64,000 nucleotides of DNA from Yuukianura sp. NJ FZ-2021. Taxonomy: Eukaryota. Below the pieces are notes generated by a model. It had not been told where the DNA came from. It did not search any database and saw nothing but the letters and a program-made list of their open reading frames with translations. The stretch lies in assembly GCA_046563655.1 (NCBI GenBank), contig CM102283.1:1922001-1986000 (forward strand), written 5' to 3'. The position numbers and the translations under genes were made by a program. Shown in pieces: positions 60,791-64,000 of the stretch; the stretch's first letter is position 1, and each line of letters begins with the position of its first letter.

Positions 60791-63700
60791 ATGATGGTTG
60801 AGGAACCCGGGGAAACTGCTGCTGAGAATTGTCGTACGAAAAGGAATGCAGCAGACACAGAGCAGTCACTTGTGCACACCACCTCGTCTCCATCTCCAGT
60901 ATTCCAACAAGCCCCACCATCAGAGCCACCATCGTCTCAAACAAGTCAAGCCCCACCATCTCACACTCAAGTGTCGCAAGAGCCACCATCTCACAGTCAA
61001 GTATCGCAAGAGCCACCATCTCAGAGTACTGTGTTGCCAGAGCCACCGGTTCCAGCCGAAAAGAGTTTGGAGGAAGCATTACTACAAGAGGAAAGTTGTG
61101 CCGTTGCGGTGGCAACAAAATCGGATCTCATCAGTGGTCAGCCTAAAGCGGTCAGCCGAAGTCGGAAGAAGTCTGAAGAGGGGAGGTCAGCATCCAGAGG
61201 TCAACAGTCCCACCAAGGTCGAGGTCAACAGTCACCTCAAGGTCAAGGTCACCAAATACCCCAGGGGGACGTTGGAGGGAGCAAGAAAAGCGGTGGGGGG
61301 CAGGGGAAAAACAGGAAGCAAAGGACCATCCCTGTTGGAATTGCGGTTGCTTGGCAACGGCATGTAACTTCCAGTGGAACATCTTCTCATACCAACACAA
61401 ACACGATGTCGTACGCTTCAAAGAAACATCTGAATCCTCCTACTGACTCCACCTCGTCCGGCCCCACTTGCCCCACCATGTCTTCCCCACCACCGAAACG
61501 CAAAAGATCTCCGAGCTCGCCCAAAGTATCTCTGGCTGTAACCGGTCCGGTGGGCTCTGCGTCGACGCAAGTCAGGAATGGACATGAAGGGCCGCATTGT
61601 CACAAATTGAGAGTCACTGAAGGGCACCACCAAGATTTGAAATGTGGAGGGGCCCTTAAGAGCCCAAGTCCTCTAAGGGTACCTGTAGCAACCGGTGGAG
61701 GTGCGCTGAAAAAGTTGAATGTAGGTGACAATAGCGACTCGAATGGAAAACTTGAGAGTTCTGAGCATGTGCATGCCTTCGGAAGTGATATTGGCGGTGT
61801 GAGTGGAAGTGGTGTGACATGTCACGGTGACAAGCTGAGGTCACCGCAAGGTCAACTTTCTACTAAAAGCAGCAATAGTTTCTACTCGGGGTCACACTAC
61901 GGCTACAGCAATCCGTACGGTGACTGGACTTCCCAGTATTTTGTGCCTAACTCATCTCAACAGAGTAAGTTAAAATTTTAACTTAAGTTTTAACTTAACT
62001 TTAGTTTTAACTTTGATGTGGCTTTCACTTTGACTCCAACTTTAGTTTTGACAGCTTTAACTTTGCGTCTAAAGATTTTAACTTCAGGTTTTCCTAACTT
62101 TCACTTCGGTTTTTGCCCATGTTTTAACTGTGTGAGTTTGATTTAACTTACTTGACGGACTTTGACTTGAATTTTGACGGAATTTGAATTTTTATATTTG
62201 AACAGTTATTTTCAACCAGTTGAAAATCAGTAATCCATCTTGTTCGAAAAAGAACTACTTTACACAATTGAGAATCGAGTTACGAGTTTTAACAAAAAGG
62301 TAAAAGCAAACGGCAAAAGCAAAAATTTAATTATAGGTTTTGGAGGAGGACAGGTAAAGCATGCAAGGAAGGAAACTTTTTTGAAAGGAGTTTTTGAGGA
62401 GAGGTTTTTCAACAACGGAGTTTTTTTTAGACTTTTACTTTTGTGTGGTTTTCTCGGCGGGAAGAAAAGTGAAAGTTTGAAGTTTGAAAAGTGAAAGTGG
62501 GCGAGAACTGTTTTGTTGTCGAAGGAACAAATCCCCTTTAAAATGTGACTTTAGGAATTGAGACTTGTCTTTTTCCTTAACTTTTGAGTTTAAGTTTGTG
62601 TCCTTTTTAGAAAGAAAGGATTAAATTGGTTTCCTTTGTAAAATTGTGACAGGAAATGGATGCTGAATTCTTGTTCTTTTTTCATTTTTTGGTTTTTTAT
62701 TTTTTGCAAACCGATACGGAGTGGAAAAAGCCTGCTGTTTTGTGAGAGCAGTGGCGGAGTTCTCGGAATGAGATAACGAGTGTTTAGATTATTTTTAGAT
62801 TGATGCAACCAAGAAATTGTGGCTCATCCCGACAATTTTTCCGTCTCCTTCTCCTTTGAGTCACTTTTAACACACAAAAAACAAACTTAAAAAGTAAAAC
62901 TGTCTCTGAATACCACCGAGAAATTGGAAAAAGGAGTTCTTTTTTTAAGGTTTGGCGCCTTGGGTGCCACTTTTTTGTTTAATGAAATGCGGGAGATGAC
63001 AAATGGCTAAACTGTAATTTTCAACCGTTGCAAGTTACTAACTAATAAGTTACAACAGTGTAACAAACAAGTTACACAACAATAGTGTAATTATGACACG
63101 CAAAATAGTTAACCCGCAACCAAACACAATTAATCGCCAAATATTTTTCTCATATTAATACACAAATGTACACAGATGTACTTGCAAAAAAAATTTACAC
63201 ATAGGCTACACAAAAATTTACACAACAAATTTCACACACACTTTACATATAACATTAGGGACTAAATATTTTGGCAAGTCTGGTTAGTTGTAAGACAGAA
63301 AATACTATTTTTATTGTTTGATTTAAATATTTTTTTTTTGAAGGTTACAATGCAATGATGGCTGCCTACATTCAACAACTTGCTATGCATAATTCACCGC
63401 CTACGCCAACAGTTCCATACGGCTACAATTCCTTGTCTTCTCCCTACTTGTACCCAGGATCTGGAGACTCCAGTGCCGCCTACACTCCAGAACAACTTCA
63501 CCAATACGATCGCTTACTTCTCCAGCGTCAGCAAGAACAGTTCGAGCGATCACAAGTCGAACAGCAGCGCCGTCTCCTCTCCGACTATGACCTTCGACAC
63601 GGTTCCGTGTCAACGCCAATTCCCAACCTCAGTCCACGCATCAGCATTCCATCTCCGTCACCCAATTCTCCGCAGGGGCCCTTCGGTGGTGCAGGGGGGC

Positions 63701-64000
63701 CCTTTCCAGCCCATCAAGCCTCCACGACTCCAACAGTGCCCTGGATGACCTCTGACCTTTACCACCACCATCATCCAATGACCCTCATTTCCTCTGCGAC
63801 ACTCTCTCCCAGAAGCCTAGCCTCCTCTACTCCATCGCCCATAACAACCTATGAGTCACTCAACCACTCGTACCTCTACAATCGCAAGTGTATTACGCCG
63901 ATTCCACCGCTGAAACAACCGTTTCCTGGCCACGGTGGGCTGTTCAGTCCACCGTTGTATCCCAAAGATGCTGGTCCAGTATCACTCGTAACGCATTGTA
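60791..64000 (+). CDS. Large Ser/Pro/Gln-rich low-complexity protein, N-terminal part (runs off window)
   Basis: Exon 60791-61964 and exon 63344->64000 are joined by a phase-1 GT-AG intron and the frame stays open to the window end. Internal ~10-aa repeat QEPPSHSQVS; PPPKRKR NLS-like motif. Confidence 0.7.

Noticed and set aside
60705-61844. Alternative-frame and antisense ORFs over the low-complexity exon
   Set aside because: Expected by-products of a GC-richer repetitive exon; only the 60791 frame splices in phase to the next exon.

Overview
AT-rich, intron-dense eukaryotic DNA, animal and most likely arthropod. The gene mix is reminiscent of a soil hexapod such as a springtail, but that is inference. 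From left to right the window holds: the 3' part of a nuclear-receptor-like gene with at least three tandem C4 zinc-finger DBDs and no ligand-binding domain; four tandem CYP3-clan-like P450s that all lack the I-helix acid/alcohol pair, one carrying a full-length LINE in intron 2; a secreted/defence-like block (two CAP proteins, two Gly/Leu-rich propeptides, a beta-gamma-crystallin-like/CAP fusion, a GH19 chitinase); two DOMON/DBH-like monooxygenases with lost copper ligands; two SLC22-type transporters; a Tudor protein; several MITEs; and the start of a large low-complexity gene. Strongest novel signals: (1) a CAAGG-ended MITE inserted in a coding exon that can be spliced out exactly as a new GC-AG intron; (2) a LINE whose ORF1 and ATG-less ORF2 are in frame across a single UGA-CUA readthrough-type stop; (3) the multi-DBD, LBD-less receptor built from symmetric phase-1 exons. 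Exon boundaries were read by eye and are approximate unless stated.
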